The notes under the pieces were generated by a model. That model ran no database searches, was not told where the DNA came from, and saw only the letters and a list, made by a program, of their open reading frames with translations. Shown here piece after piece: positions 46,601 through 58,115 of a DNA stretch of 64,000 bases (position 1 is the stretch's first letter; each line of letters begins with the position of its first letter). Both the position numbers and the translations under genes were made by a program. The stretch is from the human T2T-CHM13v2.0 reference genome, Homo sapiens: NCBI RefSeq assembly GCF_009914755.1, contig NC_060934.1; one strand, given 5' to 3'.

Positions 46601-47181
46601 GAGGCAGGTGTAAAGAGGAAATGGAAATTTATGCACCTCCAGGATGGCTGCCCACCGCCCCCCCGCCCCGCCCCACCCCGCCCCGCCCCCGGCAGCATCT
46701 GTCTACTCAGCCATCCACCTTTTCCACCCTAACGTCACAGATAATTCCCCTTTGTAAGATTGTGTCTGGAGTGATGCCTCAGTCCCAGAATCCCTCCACT
46801 GGGTCGGGAGAGTTGTCCCATGAGTGGAGAAGTGGCCTATGGGCCCCCTTGACCTGACCAGAATGCAGGATCTGAGCATAGAGAGCTCCAGGAGTGGGGG
46901 CCCTGGCCCAGAGCAACTGCCACCATGGTCCTTGTGATCAAACATCCCATGGACACCCCATGGGATTAGAGATGTAGGTCTCCACACACATTTCCAGAAG
47001 ATCAAAGCCCAGCTTCAGCTTTCTGTGAGGCCACCTCTCTCTGCCACCTCCACAGTAGCTGTGTTCTCAGACCTCAGATGGGGCCAACTGCTCAGGGGAT
47101 CATTCAGCCCCAAAGACCAGTGGGGAGGCACATGGTTGCTGGTTGGGCCAGGATTAATGGCCCCTACTCTGGAGGGGACTG

Positions 47182-50100
47182 GGGGCATCCTCCTGTGAGA
47201 TGCTGTGGGAGGAGCATCTTCCTGTGAGATGCTGTGGGAGGGGCATCTTCCTGTGTGATGCTGTGGGAGGGGCATCTTCCTGTGTGATGCTGTGGGAGGG
47301 GCATCTTCCTGTGTGATGCTGTGGGAGGGGCATCTTCCTGTGTGATGCTGTGGGAGGGGCATCTTCCTGTGTGATGCTGTGGGAGGGGCATCTTCCTGTG
47401 TGATGCTGTGGGAGGGGCATCTTCCTGTGTGATGCTGTGGGAGGGGCATCTTCCTGTGTGATGCTGTGGGAGGGGCATCTTCCTTTGTGATGCTGTGGGA
47501 GGGGCATCTTCCTTTGTGATGCTGTGGGAGGGGCATCTTCCTTTGTGATGCTGGGGGTGGGGACCTCTCGCTGTGTGATGCTGGGGGGGACCTCTCGCTG
47601 TGTGATGCTGGGGGGGGGCCTCTCCCTGTGTGATGCTGGGGGGGGTCTCTTCCTGTGTGATGTCAGAGGGCCCTCTCCCTGTGTGACGCTGGGGTTGTGT
47701 CTTCCCGTGTGATTCTGGGGGCGTCTCTCCCCGTGTGATTCTGGGGGCGTCTCTCCCTGTGTGATGTTGTGGGGGTATCTCTTCCTGTGTGATGTTGTGG
47801 GGGCATCTCTCCCTGTGTGATGCTGGGGGGGCCTCTCCCTGTGTGATGTCGGGGGCACCTCTTCCTCTGTGATGCTGGGGGCGCCTCTCCCTGTGTGATG
47901 CTGAGGGCGCCTCTCCCTGTGTGATGCTGAGGGGGCCTCTCCCTGTGTGATGCTGGTTGGGGGGGGTCTATTCCTGTGTCTTACTGAGGGGGCCTATTCC
48001 TGTGGATGCCGGGGGTGTGTTTTTTCTGCGTGATGCTGGGTGGGGGGGCTCTCTTCCTGTGTAATGCTGGAGGAGGCTCTCCCTGTGTGATGCTGGGGGT
48101 GTGTCTTCCTGTGTGATGCTGGGAGGGTCTCTCCCTGTGTGATGCTGGGGGGGCGTGTCTCCCTGTGTGATGCTGGGGGCATGTCTTCCTATGTGATGCT
48201 GGGGGTCCTCTTCCTTTGTGATGCTGGGGGGCCTCTCCCTGTGTGATGCTGGGGGGTCCTCTCCCTATGTGATGCTCAGGGGGCCTCTCCCTGTGTGATG
48301 CTGGGGGCATGTCTTCCTGTGTGATACTGGGGGGGCCTCTTCCTGTGTGATGCTGGGGGCATGTCTTCCTGTGTGATACTGGGGGGGCCTCTTCCTGTGT
48401 GATGCTGCGGGGGGGTCTATTCCTGTGTCTTACTGGGGGGGCCTCTCCCTGTGTGATGCTGGGGAGCCTCTTCCAGTGTGATGCTGGGGGGGTCTCTTCC
48501 TGTGTGATGCTGGGGGGCCTCTCGCTGTGTGATGCTGGGGGGCCTCTCCCTGTGTGATGCTGGGGGAGTCTCTTCCTGTGTGATGCTGGGGGGGCCTCTC
48601 CCTGTGTGATGCTGGGGGGCCTCTCCCTGTGTGATGCTGGGGGGCCTCTCCCTGTGTGATGCTGGGGGAGTCTCTTCCTGTGTGATGCTGGGGGGGCCTC
48701 TCCCTGTGTGATGCTGGGGGGTCTCTTCCTGTGTGATGCTGGGAGGGTCTCTCCCTGTGTGATGCTGGGGGGGCCTCTCCCTGTGTGATGCTGGGGGCGT
48801 GTCTTCCTGTGTGATGCTGGGGGGGTCTCTCCCTGTGTGATGCTGGGGGGGCCTCTCCCTGTGTGATGCTGGGGGCGTGTCTTCCTGTGTGATGCTGGGG
48901 GGCCTCTCGCTGTGTGATGCTGGGGGCGTGTCTTCCTGTGTGACGCTGGGGGCGTGTCTTCCTGTGTGATGCTGGGGGGGCCTCTTCCTGTGTGATGCTG
49001 GGGAGGGTCTATTCCTGTGTCTTATTGAGGGGGCCTCTCCCTGTGTGATGCTGGGGAGCCTCTTCCTGTGTGATGCTGGGGGCGCCTCTTGCTGTGTGAT
49101 GCTGGGGGGCCTCTCGCTGTGTGATGCTGGGGGGCCTCTCCCTGTGTGATGCTGGGGGGCCTCTCCCTGTGTGATGCTGGGGGGCCTCTCCCTGTGTGAT
49201 GCTGGGGGGGTCTCTTCCTGTGTGATGCTGGGGGGTCTCTTCCTGTGTGATGCTGGGGGGGGTCTCCCTGTGTGATGCTGGGGGGGCCTCTTCCTGTGTG
49301 ATGCTGGTGGGGGTCTACTTCTATGTCTTACTGGGGGGGGCCTCTCCCTGTGTGATGCTGGGGAGCCTCTTCCTGTGTGATGCAGGCGGTGGCCTCTTCC
49401 TGTGTGATGCTGGGGGGGGTCTCTTCCTGTGTGATGCTAGGGGGTCTCTTCCTGTGTGATGCTGGGTGGGCCTCTCCCTGTGTGATGCTGGGGGGGGCCT
49501 CTCCCTGTGTGATGCTGGGGGGGCCTCTCACTGTGTGATGCTGGGGGGGCCTCTTCCTGTGTGATGCTGGGGGCGTGTCTTTCTGTGTGATGCTGGGGGG
49601 GCCTCTTCCTGTGTGATGCTGGGGGGGGTCTATTCCTGTGTCTTATTGAGGGGGCCTCTCCCTGTGTGATGCTGGGGAGCCTCTTCCTGTGTGATGCTGG
49701 GGGGGTCTCTTCCTGTGTGATGCTGGGGGACCTCTCCCTGTGTGATGCTGGGGGGGCCTCTCCCTGTGTGATGCTGGGGGGGCCTCTCACTGTGTGATGC
49801 TGGGGGGGTCTCTTCCTGTGTGATGCTGGGGGCGTGTCTTTCTGTGTGATGCTGGGGGGGCCTCTTCCTGTGTGATGCTGGGGGGGGTCTATTCCTGTGT
49901 CTTATTGAGGGGGCCTCTCCCTGTGTGATGCTGGGGAGCCTCTTCCTGTGTGATGCTGGGGGGGTCTCTTCCTGTGTGATGCTGGGGGACCTCTCCCTGT
50001 GTGATGCTGGGTGGGCCTCTCCCTGTGTGATGCTGGGTGGGCCTCTCCCTGTGTGATGCTGGGGGGGTCTCTTCCTGTGTGATGCTGGGGGGTCTCTTCC

Positions 50101-50980
50101 TGTGTGATGCTGGGGGGGGGTCTCCCTGTGTGATGCTGGGGGGGGCCTCTCACTGTGTGATGCTGGGGGGGCCTCTTCCTGTGTGATGCTGGGGGCGTGT
50201 CTTTCTGTGTGATGCTGGGGGGGCCTCTTCCTGTGTGATGCTGGGGGGGGTCTATTCCTGTGTCTTATTGAGGGGGCCTCTCCCTGTGTGATGCTGGGGG
50301 GGCCTCTCCCTGTGTGATGCTGGGGGGGCCTCTCCCTGTGTGATGCTGGGGGGGTCTCTCCCTGTGTGATGTTGGGGGGGGCGGTCTCCCTGTGTGATGC
50401 TGGGGGGGCCTCTTCCTGTGTGATGCTGGGGGGGGTCCATTCCTGTGTCTTACTGGGGGGGGCCTCTCCCTGTGTGATGCTGGGGAGCTTCTTCCTGTGT
50501 GATGCAGGCGGTGGCCTCTTCCTGTGTGATGCTGGGGGGGTCTCTTCCTGTGTGATGCTGGGGGGCCTCTCCCTGTGTGATGCTGGGGGGGTCTCTCCCT
50601 GTGTGATGCTGGGGGGTATCTCTCCCTGTGTGATGCTGGGGGGTGTCTCTCCCTGTGTGATGCTGGGGGGTATCTCTCCCTGTGTGATGCTGGGGGGTAT
50701 CTCTCCCTGTGTGATGCTGGGGGGTATCTCTCCCTGTGTGATGCTGGGGGGTATCTCTCCCTGTGTGATGCTGGGGGGTATCTCTCCCTGTGTGATGCTG
50801 GGGGGTATCTCTCCCTGTGTGATGCTGGGGGGTGTCTCTCCCTGTGTGATGCTGGGGGGTGTCTCTCCCTGTGTGATGCTGGGGGGGGCCTCTTCTTGGG
50901 TGAAGCTAGGGGGTCTTTTCTTGGGTGATGCTGGGGGGGCCTCTTCCTGTGTGATATTGGGGGGGCCACTTCCTGTTTGA
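47182..50980. repeat. ~3.8-kb VNTR of 27-29-bp units
   Basis: Core cctgtgtgatgctggggggcctctY; homogeneous sub-arrays at both ends. Confidence 0.97.
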
Positions 50981-51824
50981 TGTGTGGGCCTCTCTCTCCA
51001 CTTCCAACAGGAAGGCCCCCTTGTTTGGGATGCTCCGAGTTTTCTGAGTTCACTGTTGATTTCCTTCCCTTTCCCTGCACACTCGCCCGGTTCTCTCCTA
51101 TGTCGTTCATGGTGTGGCTCTCGGTCGCTCGGGTGCCCTCAGGTGACCCACAGGCCTGTGAGCACCGAGGTTTTTTTCTGCACTTCCTGCTCTGCTTCTG
51201 GGAGACACTGGGGCAAGGAGGGGAATGACTGGTTCCTCCTGGGGCAGTGGTGGCTCTTTATGGCAGGGGCTAGTGCCGACTTTGCCTCTCTGGACATGGG
51301 TGTGGGAGACCGTGGTCTGTGTGGCTGCCGAAGGCAGGGAGGCTCATCCAGGCAGCCCACAGTTCGTGTCACCACGGAGGTCCTGATGAGCACCTCCCAC
51401 CACCAGGTGCACGTGAAGCCACCATGAGGTTAATTCCAAGCCAGCACTTGACCAGGTTTATTTTTAGAAGCTGGAGCTCATCTTAAAGGCACCAAGCTCT
51501 TTTGCTCTAAGAAGTGGAGGTTGACATGTGAGCTGGTTGTGACTGTAAGAAGTGGAGGTTGATGTGCGAGCTGGTTGTGACAGCTGGGGACAGTTTATTT
51601 TGTGGCCGCCAAGAACAATAAAGTGTAACTGAGGCCCAAAAGCATTTGTTTCCATTTCCTAATATTTCTGCTATCTCTGAAGATGTTACATTTGGTTGGG
51701 AAGAAAGAGCCTCTGTAGTGTGAGAATTTGTTTTTTACAAAGATTGTATCAATAAAATTTGCCTAAGAAAAGCTTTGAAATATACAGAGCAAACTGCCAA
51801 ACCCCAGGAATTCATGAAAAGGTG

Positions 51825-51893
51825 TGTATTTTGGCTGCTGGGTTATTATGTATTTTGGCTGCTGGGTTATTATGTATTTTGGCTGCTGGTTAT
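51825..51893. repeat. 24-bp tandem repeat x3
   Basis: tgtattttggctgctgggttatta at 51825, 51849, 51873. Confidence 0.88.
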
Positions 51894-52246
51894 AGCACCA
51901 GGATCGGGTTCCATGGGTCTGTGAATTGGATTTGGGGAGGCAGCGTGTGACCCCACACTCAGCTCCCTCCCACCTTGCTGTATCCCCACAGGCCACCTGC
52001 AGCCCCTCCACCTCCCACTCAGCTTCCCCACTTCATAGCTCAGTCCTCCCCCACTCTGGGGTCAGGGTCCTGGCTCTTGCTGGCCTGGTCAGCGTCTCTG
52101 CTTCTAGGGTCTTCTCACAGACTGGGGAGGTCCGTGGGGCCCCTGGTCCTTCTGCAGAGGCCACAGCACTGGGTCCCTCCCTGTTGCATATCCTCTTGGC
52201 CCTGCTCCCAGGCGGAGGGTGGCCCGGCCTCCGTTGCCCTTCCTGA

Positions 52247-52639
<393 letters not shown>

Positions 52640-53761
52640 TAACACACACTCTGATGGCTACACCCTGATGGCCATGCCCCCAAACTGTCACGCCTTCCAC
52701 ACAGAGCCTTGGATGGCCACACCTTCTGATGATCATGCCCCAGAATGGCCACGCCCCCTGCTGGCCACACCCTCTGATGGCCACACCCCTGGTGGCCATG
52801 CCTGTCAATGGCAGGCACTCAGGCCAGACTGCCTCCCCTACCAGCCTAGTGTCCTGGGCGTGTTGCGGAGGCCTCTGGGTGGCAGTTCCCCTCTTTTGGA
52901 CCCCTGGGTACTGTCTTTTCCGTGACACTGTTTCCTGATGGCAAGGATGTTCTCTGGGGACAGCAGCCCAAGGCCTGCCTTTGCCTCAGGGCACTGTGGG
53001 ACCTCAGGCCTGTTGGGTCAGTTCTGCTCTAATGGGAGGTGAGAAGCCCTGCTGACTAGATGGCCTGGATGTGTAGGACACGGCCCAGCTTCTCCGTGAG
53101 CCAGGTTGGCTGGGAGGCAGCTTTATGGATGTATTCCTTGTTAAGAACACCACTAGTGAAGGCTTAGTTGAAATTCACATAAACAAGTGTGCTGTGTGCC
53201 AGCTGGCTGTGGGCATCGGTGGGTTAATGTTGGCCATGCTCTGCTGGCTCCTCATTAGCCTCCTGGGCCTCTTTGGTCTCCAGGGGCTCAGGGTGAGGAC
53301 AGTGACCTGCAACCCCTTTGCTGCCTCAGAGGGGCTGTGGTTGGAGCTCGGATGCTTGGGGGACCCCAGGCGCCAGCATCCCCCTCACCGGGAGGCTCTC
53401 TCTGTGCCCAGCTCTCCTGCGACCCTCTGGCGGCCCCTTACTCCGCTGCGGTGGCATCTGGGGGACCGGGAATCCATTCCTACCATTTCCCTGGCTGTCA
53501 GGCGTTGTGCTTTCTGAGTTGAAGTTGCAGGAATTGGAAGGATATTGTTCCCACCACGGGGAGTGTGGCATGGCGAAGACCCTCCACTCTCCTGCCAGAG
53601 CAGTGCAGCAAAGGCTTGTGTCCTCGTCAGGAGCCACGGGCCATGGCCATGCCAGCTGCTCTGCGACGATCTGTTACCAAGGAAATGAATGAAAATCTTG
53701 AAGGATTTGGGTTTCCCGAGTACTGTGACTATTGAAGATGTTCTTCCTTTTAATCTTGCAG

Positions 53762-53827
53762 AGAATTAAAGAGTTAGAAGAAAGAATAGAAGCTCAGAAG
53801 AGACAAATAAAGGAACTGGAGGAAAAG
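53762..53827 (+). CDS. JAKMIP3: JAKMIP3 coding exon (RIKELEERIEAQKRQIKELEEK), 66 nt
   Basis: aatcttgcag acceptor, AAG|gtaaaa donor. Confidence 0.94.
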
Positions 53828-55133
53828 GTAAAACAAATGCAGTTTTGGGGGTTGCTTGTTAAGATCAAGGGAGAGGAACCCGGTGTCACCCCGACCTGAG
53901 TCACTCAGCTCCAGGCCGTTGGGGCAGCAGACTTCGCTCCCAACAGCAGCGGGAAGCGGCCGCCTGGAGGCCTGAAGGCTGGGCGGAGCTGAGCTGGGCG
54001 GAGCTGAGCTGGGTGGTAGCTGCAAGGGCTCTGGACCCGGAGACAGGAGCCCCAGGGTCTAGGAATGCCCCTGCCAGGGCCCAGCCATGCGACCTCAGAG
54101 GAGCCACTCCTCTTGTGGCCTCAGTTTCCCCATCTGGAGCCAACGGCCTCGGGTTCCTCCCATCACTGAAGCCTGGGCTGTGTGGAAGCCTTTGATCCGT
54201 GCAGGTTCACCTTGCACTGGTCTAAGAATCCAGTTCCCGGATCAGAAGCACCCGTTGACGTGCAGTTAGGCAGAGGCCACACACCAGGGCTGGGGAGGGC
54301 TGTCTGGCTCTTTCTCGGGGTCCCAGCTCCGTGAGGTGTGGGGTCAGGGCTGCTCTGTCCATGCACATAACAGACTTGGTGCTCCCCAAGTCATGATGGG
54401 GGGAGCACAGCAGAGTCCCTCCCGGGGTTGCCTGCAGGCGTTCAGGGCAGCGCTTGTTCTCCCACGTGGGGCTGGTTCAGTCATGTCTGGGGGTGACAGT
54501 GTTCACTCCATTGTGATTGGTCCTGGGGGCCCGGCTCCCGACCCCCAGCCCAGAGTGAGACTTTTTGCTAAATCTGCTATGCGGTGGAGCTCACTGAAGG
54601 GACGGGCTCCCTCCGAGGGCTGAATGAAATGGTCAGTGGCCCCACCTTCTGCCTCATCCTTCCGGAGAGAACAGGAGGCTGGCATTGGGATGCCCCTGTG
54701 GTTGGCATGTGCTGGTCCCGGCCTGAGGAGGAGCCCACAGATGCTCTGCAATTGCCAGGAGAGACCGGGTCCCTCTGGACAGCAGTCGCCTTAGACGGGC
54801 CGTGTGTCATCCCACATCCACCCTAGCCCTGCCCCGCCCCTCGTAGGCGGTGACACCCATGCCCTTCCACTGGGCACTCACTGCCGCCTGTGAGAATCAT
54901 CATCCTGAGGAACGAGTTACTCAAGGCACAGCCTTTGAGGCCCCGGTGGACTCCAGGCCATGTGGGGAAGCACCCACTAGCACGCAGGGGCACCCGGCCT
55001 TGCCGGGAGGGGACACAGTGTTCTGGGGGCTGGAGCCTCAGAGGGCAAAGCCTCTCCCCAAACCAAATGTCTGTTTCATTTTGCATCTTAACCTAAGGAT
55101 ATTTGTTTGTATTAAATACTAGAAAAATGTGAG

Positions 55134-55429
55134 GGCTAGGCGTGGTGGCTCATGCCTGTAATTCCAGTACTTTAGGAGGCCTAGATGAGAGGATCGCTTG
55201 AGCCCAGGATTTCAAGACCAGCCTGGGCAACATAGTGAGACCCTGTCTCTAGAAAAAAATTTTAAAACATAGCTGGACATGGTGGCACGTGCCTATAATC
55301 TCCGTTACTCAGGGGGCCGAGGTGGGAGGATCACCTGAGCCTAGGAGGTTGAGGCTGCAGTGAGCCATGATTACGTCACTGCACTCCAGACTGGGTGACC
55401 GACTGAGATCCTGTCTCCAAAGAAAAAAA
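55134..55429 (+). mobile_element. Alu (AluJ-like), sense
   Basis: ggctaggcgtggtggctcatgcctgtaa...gagcccagg...cactgcactccagactggg. Confidence 0.9.
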
Positions 55430-56074
55430 TAGATCAGGTGTTATTTCTTAAATCTAGCTAAATAGCTCTTCATTCCCAAGCGATGCCCCACTGCCCGATT
55501 TTCTCTCGTGTCCAGATGGGCCTGGCTCCCGACCCCCAGCCCAGAGTGAGACTGTGTGCGCTTTGTCTGCTCAGGGTGCTGGTTGTACTTTGCTGCTTAC
55601 GGTGGGACTGAGACCACAATATTCTCACAGGCCTGCTTTTGTTTGCTGGGCACTTGGAATGTCTTTCAATACAACGTTCACCATTATTATTACCCCATTG
55701 GTGCTCTTGCCAAAAATTCCTGCAGCAGGTCTCAGCGATGGGTTTCACTTCAGGGAGGAGGAGACCCAGTCCCCGGGAGGCTGGCCTTGTGGTGCTGGGG
55801 ACACGCTGGGTGTGGGGCCCCCGACCAGCGCCCACCACCCGCATCTGCCCGGTGCAGAGTCCCCAGTGCGTTCCTAGGGGTGGCGGCACCACCCCTCAGA
55901 CCCGGGGATTTGGGCAGCATCCCTCCCTCGGCACAGTCCTTAATAGCGTCCTCTCCTCCCTGCCAACAGCTCTGTCTTCAGTCTGTAATCGCGTGTATTT
56001 CTTGCCAGAAGCACTACAAACTCTTTTTTCTCTTTCTTTCCTTCCGTTTCTCCATCCTCCCCTTTCCGTTTCAG

Positions 56075-56125
56075 TTTCTATTTTTGTTCTTATTTTTCTC
56101 CTTAGCTTTCATTCTCTGGTCATAG
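56075..56125 (+). CDS. JAKMIP3: JAKMIP3 last coding segment, hydrophobic tail FLFLFLFFSLAFILWS-stop; exon continues as UTR to the donor after 56147
   Basis: cctttccgtttcag acceptor; TAG at 56123-56125; GTG|gtgagt donor at 56148; hydrophobic C-terminus characteristic of JAKMIP/NECC proteins. Confidence 0.92.
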   Translation, partial: FLFLFLFFSLAFILWS

Positions 56126-56894
56126 TCCGTCTTGGCACCCTGACGTGGTGAGTATTTCGTTGGCAGGGCCCAGCAGGGGTCCCGCTCTGCTTCCCGGAAG
56201 ACTCCTCTGCCCCTGCCCTGCCAGGGAGTTGCCCACCTGCCATTCGATCAACTGGAAGGCGATGACCCAGCATCCCCAAAAGGGTTGTTAGAAAGCCACC
56301 CGCGTCCTTCAACACTGGAAGTCCCTCCCTGGGGGTCAGGACCCGGAGTCTTCCACTGTAGAGGCCGCAAGGTGCTCACCTTTCCTGAACGGGAAGGAGA
56401 GCAGGGTTCCCACCACCACCCCAGTGTAGCAGAAACATGCAGGACCCTCTCTAGGGGGTCTTTCTGCTTTGGTGGCACTCGGCAGCAGGCCCTGGGGGCA
56501 GACACGGTGGTTCTGTGATTCGTCCTTGTTCTTTTCTGGGTGGTGCTGAGCACAAGCTCGGGCGGTGCTGGAGATTCAGCCAGGAGGGCTTGGTCTCCCT
56601 GCCAGGCCGGGCAGCTTAGGCCAGGATAGCTGGAGTCTACAGGTCATGGCTGCTGCTACCATGGCACCCGCCAGCATAGATGGCTGCCTCCTTCCAAACT
56701 GGAGGAGGGGCAAGTAGGACGTCACATCATTGTTCGCCTCGGTCCTCGAGTCTGCACCCTTCAGCAGGTCCCGAGAGGAGCTTCCCCTGGGAGCAGGGCT
56801 CTCCCTCTCCATGAAGCCCCTCATCCCTCACCCCTTACCCCTCACTCCAGCCAAGTGGAGTCTCCCTGACATCCTCTCCACGCAGCCCTTCGGT

Positions 56895-56998
56895 CCTCAC
56901 CCCTCACCCCTCGGCCCTCACCCCTCGGCCCTCGCCCCTCGCCCCTCACCTCTCGGCCCTCGCCCCTCGCCCCTCGCCCCTCGGCCCTCGCCCCTCAC
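56895..56998. repeat. 7-bp (CCCTCGC-like)n repeat flanked by a duplicated ccctcactccagccaag motif
   Basis: cccctcg/ccctcac units; flanking motif at about 56841 and 56992. Confidence 0.75.
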
Positions 56999-57051
56999 TC
57001 CAGCCAAGCGGAGCCTCGCTGACTCTGCACTCTACGTTTCATTTCTTCCAG

Positions 57052-58115
57052 CCCCACATTGAATCGGACCCTTTTCCTCCAGTGGGACCAGAAAGCAGGG
57101 ACAAAATGGGACGTCGCGTCTCCATCCTGAAGACCCAGGGAGATTTGGTCTCTGCACGCCCGTCCCGTGGAGGAAGAGTGAGAAGGGGCAGTGTGTGGGG
57201 CGTGGAGCTGCCGTCCACGTGGGATGTGCCAGAACTAGAACTGGCTCTGCCGACTTCTCGGGGGCTTCTCCGGGACAGGCCTGGCCTTGGCTGCTGGACC
57301 CTGGGTCCCTTCTCCCGGACGGCAGACCCCATCCCATTTCCAGGGATGTGTAGCATTCCCTGCCAAGCAGGGGTGAGAACTGCTTCTGTGCAGAAGCACC
57401 AGCCGCGGGTCCCCTCCTCTCTCTTGGTTCTCACAGTAGCTGCCACTGGTGTCTGGAGGAAGATTTTCAGAAACAACAGAGGCTTGGCCTGATGACAAGA
57501 TGAAAGCTGGACGGTGACCTTCATTCAGGGGAACCTGGAGGCTCCCTGGGATGGTCCTGGGAGGGCTCCCCGACGCCTCAGGGGCCCCTCCGATGCTGCA
57601 ATATGTTGCTGGGGTCCTGAGCACCCGCTGGCCAACAGACCCCACATCCACCCTCGTTCATCATCATCTCTGTGGGGACAGACAAGAGCCGTGGCCGCCG
57701 CGGGCCGCGTGGTGCCATCAACCCTCTGCCTCCCTACTCAACCTGAGACAGGAAGGCCAAGATCCCGCCCAAGCCGCCAGCTGGGAGCACCGCGGGACTG
57801 AGCCAAGGAAGGCGTGGGGAGCGTGGTGACAGGAGGTGGGACGAGGGGGCGGAGCTGGCTGGAACACGGATGCCAGAGGCTGCCTCCATAGTGAATCTCC
57901 AGAAGTCACAGAGGCCCTGGGCACCCAGAGCCACCCAGCCTGGAAGCCCCTGCACGGGCCAGCCCTGCAGGCACCGAAGCCTCACCCCAAGCCTTTGCAC
58001 ACAAGGAGCAGCCCAGGTGGGGATGGCGGGCGCAAGAAGGGAACCGCGGGGACGGCCTTTCCCCTCCCGCCCTGTGTGGGGACGCTGCACGAGCCGTGGA
58101 CCAAGAGGCTGACAG
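57052..58115 (+). other. JAKMIP3: Probable JAKMIP3 3' UTR exon (3' end uncertain); coding for 146 aa in alternative splice forms
   Basis: Strong acceptor tttcatttcttccag at 57051; candidate donor CAG|gtaagg at 58116; I did not spot an AATAAA downstream in the window. Confidence 0.55.

Noticed and set aside
47015-51110. Long repetitive ORFs (PPASHRER..., ISPCVMLGG...)
   Set aside because: By-products of the VNTR lacking stops in some frames.
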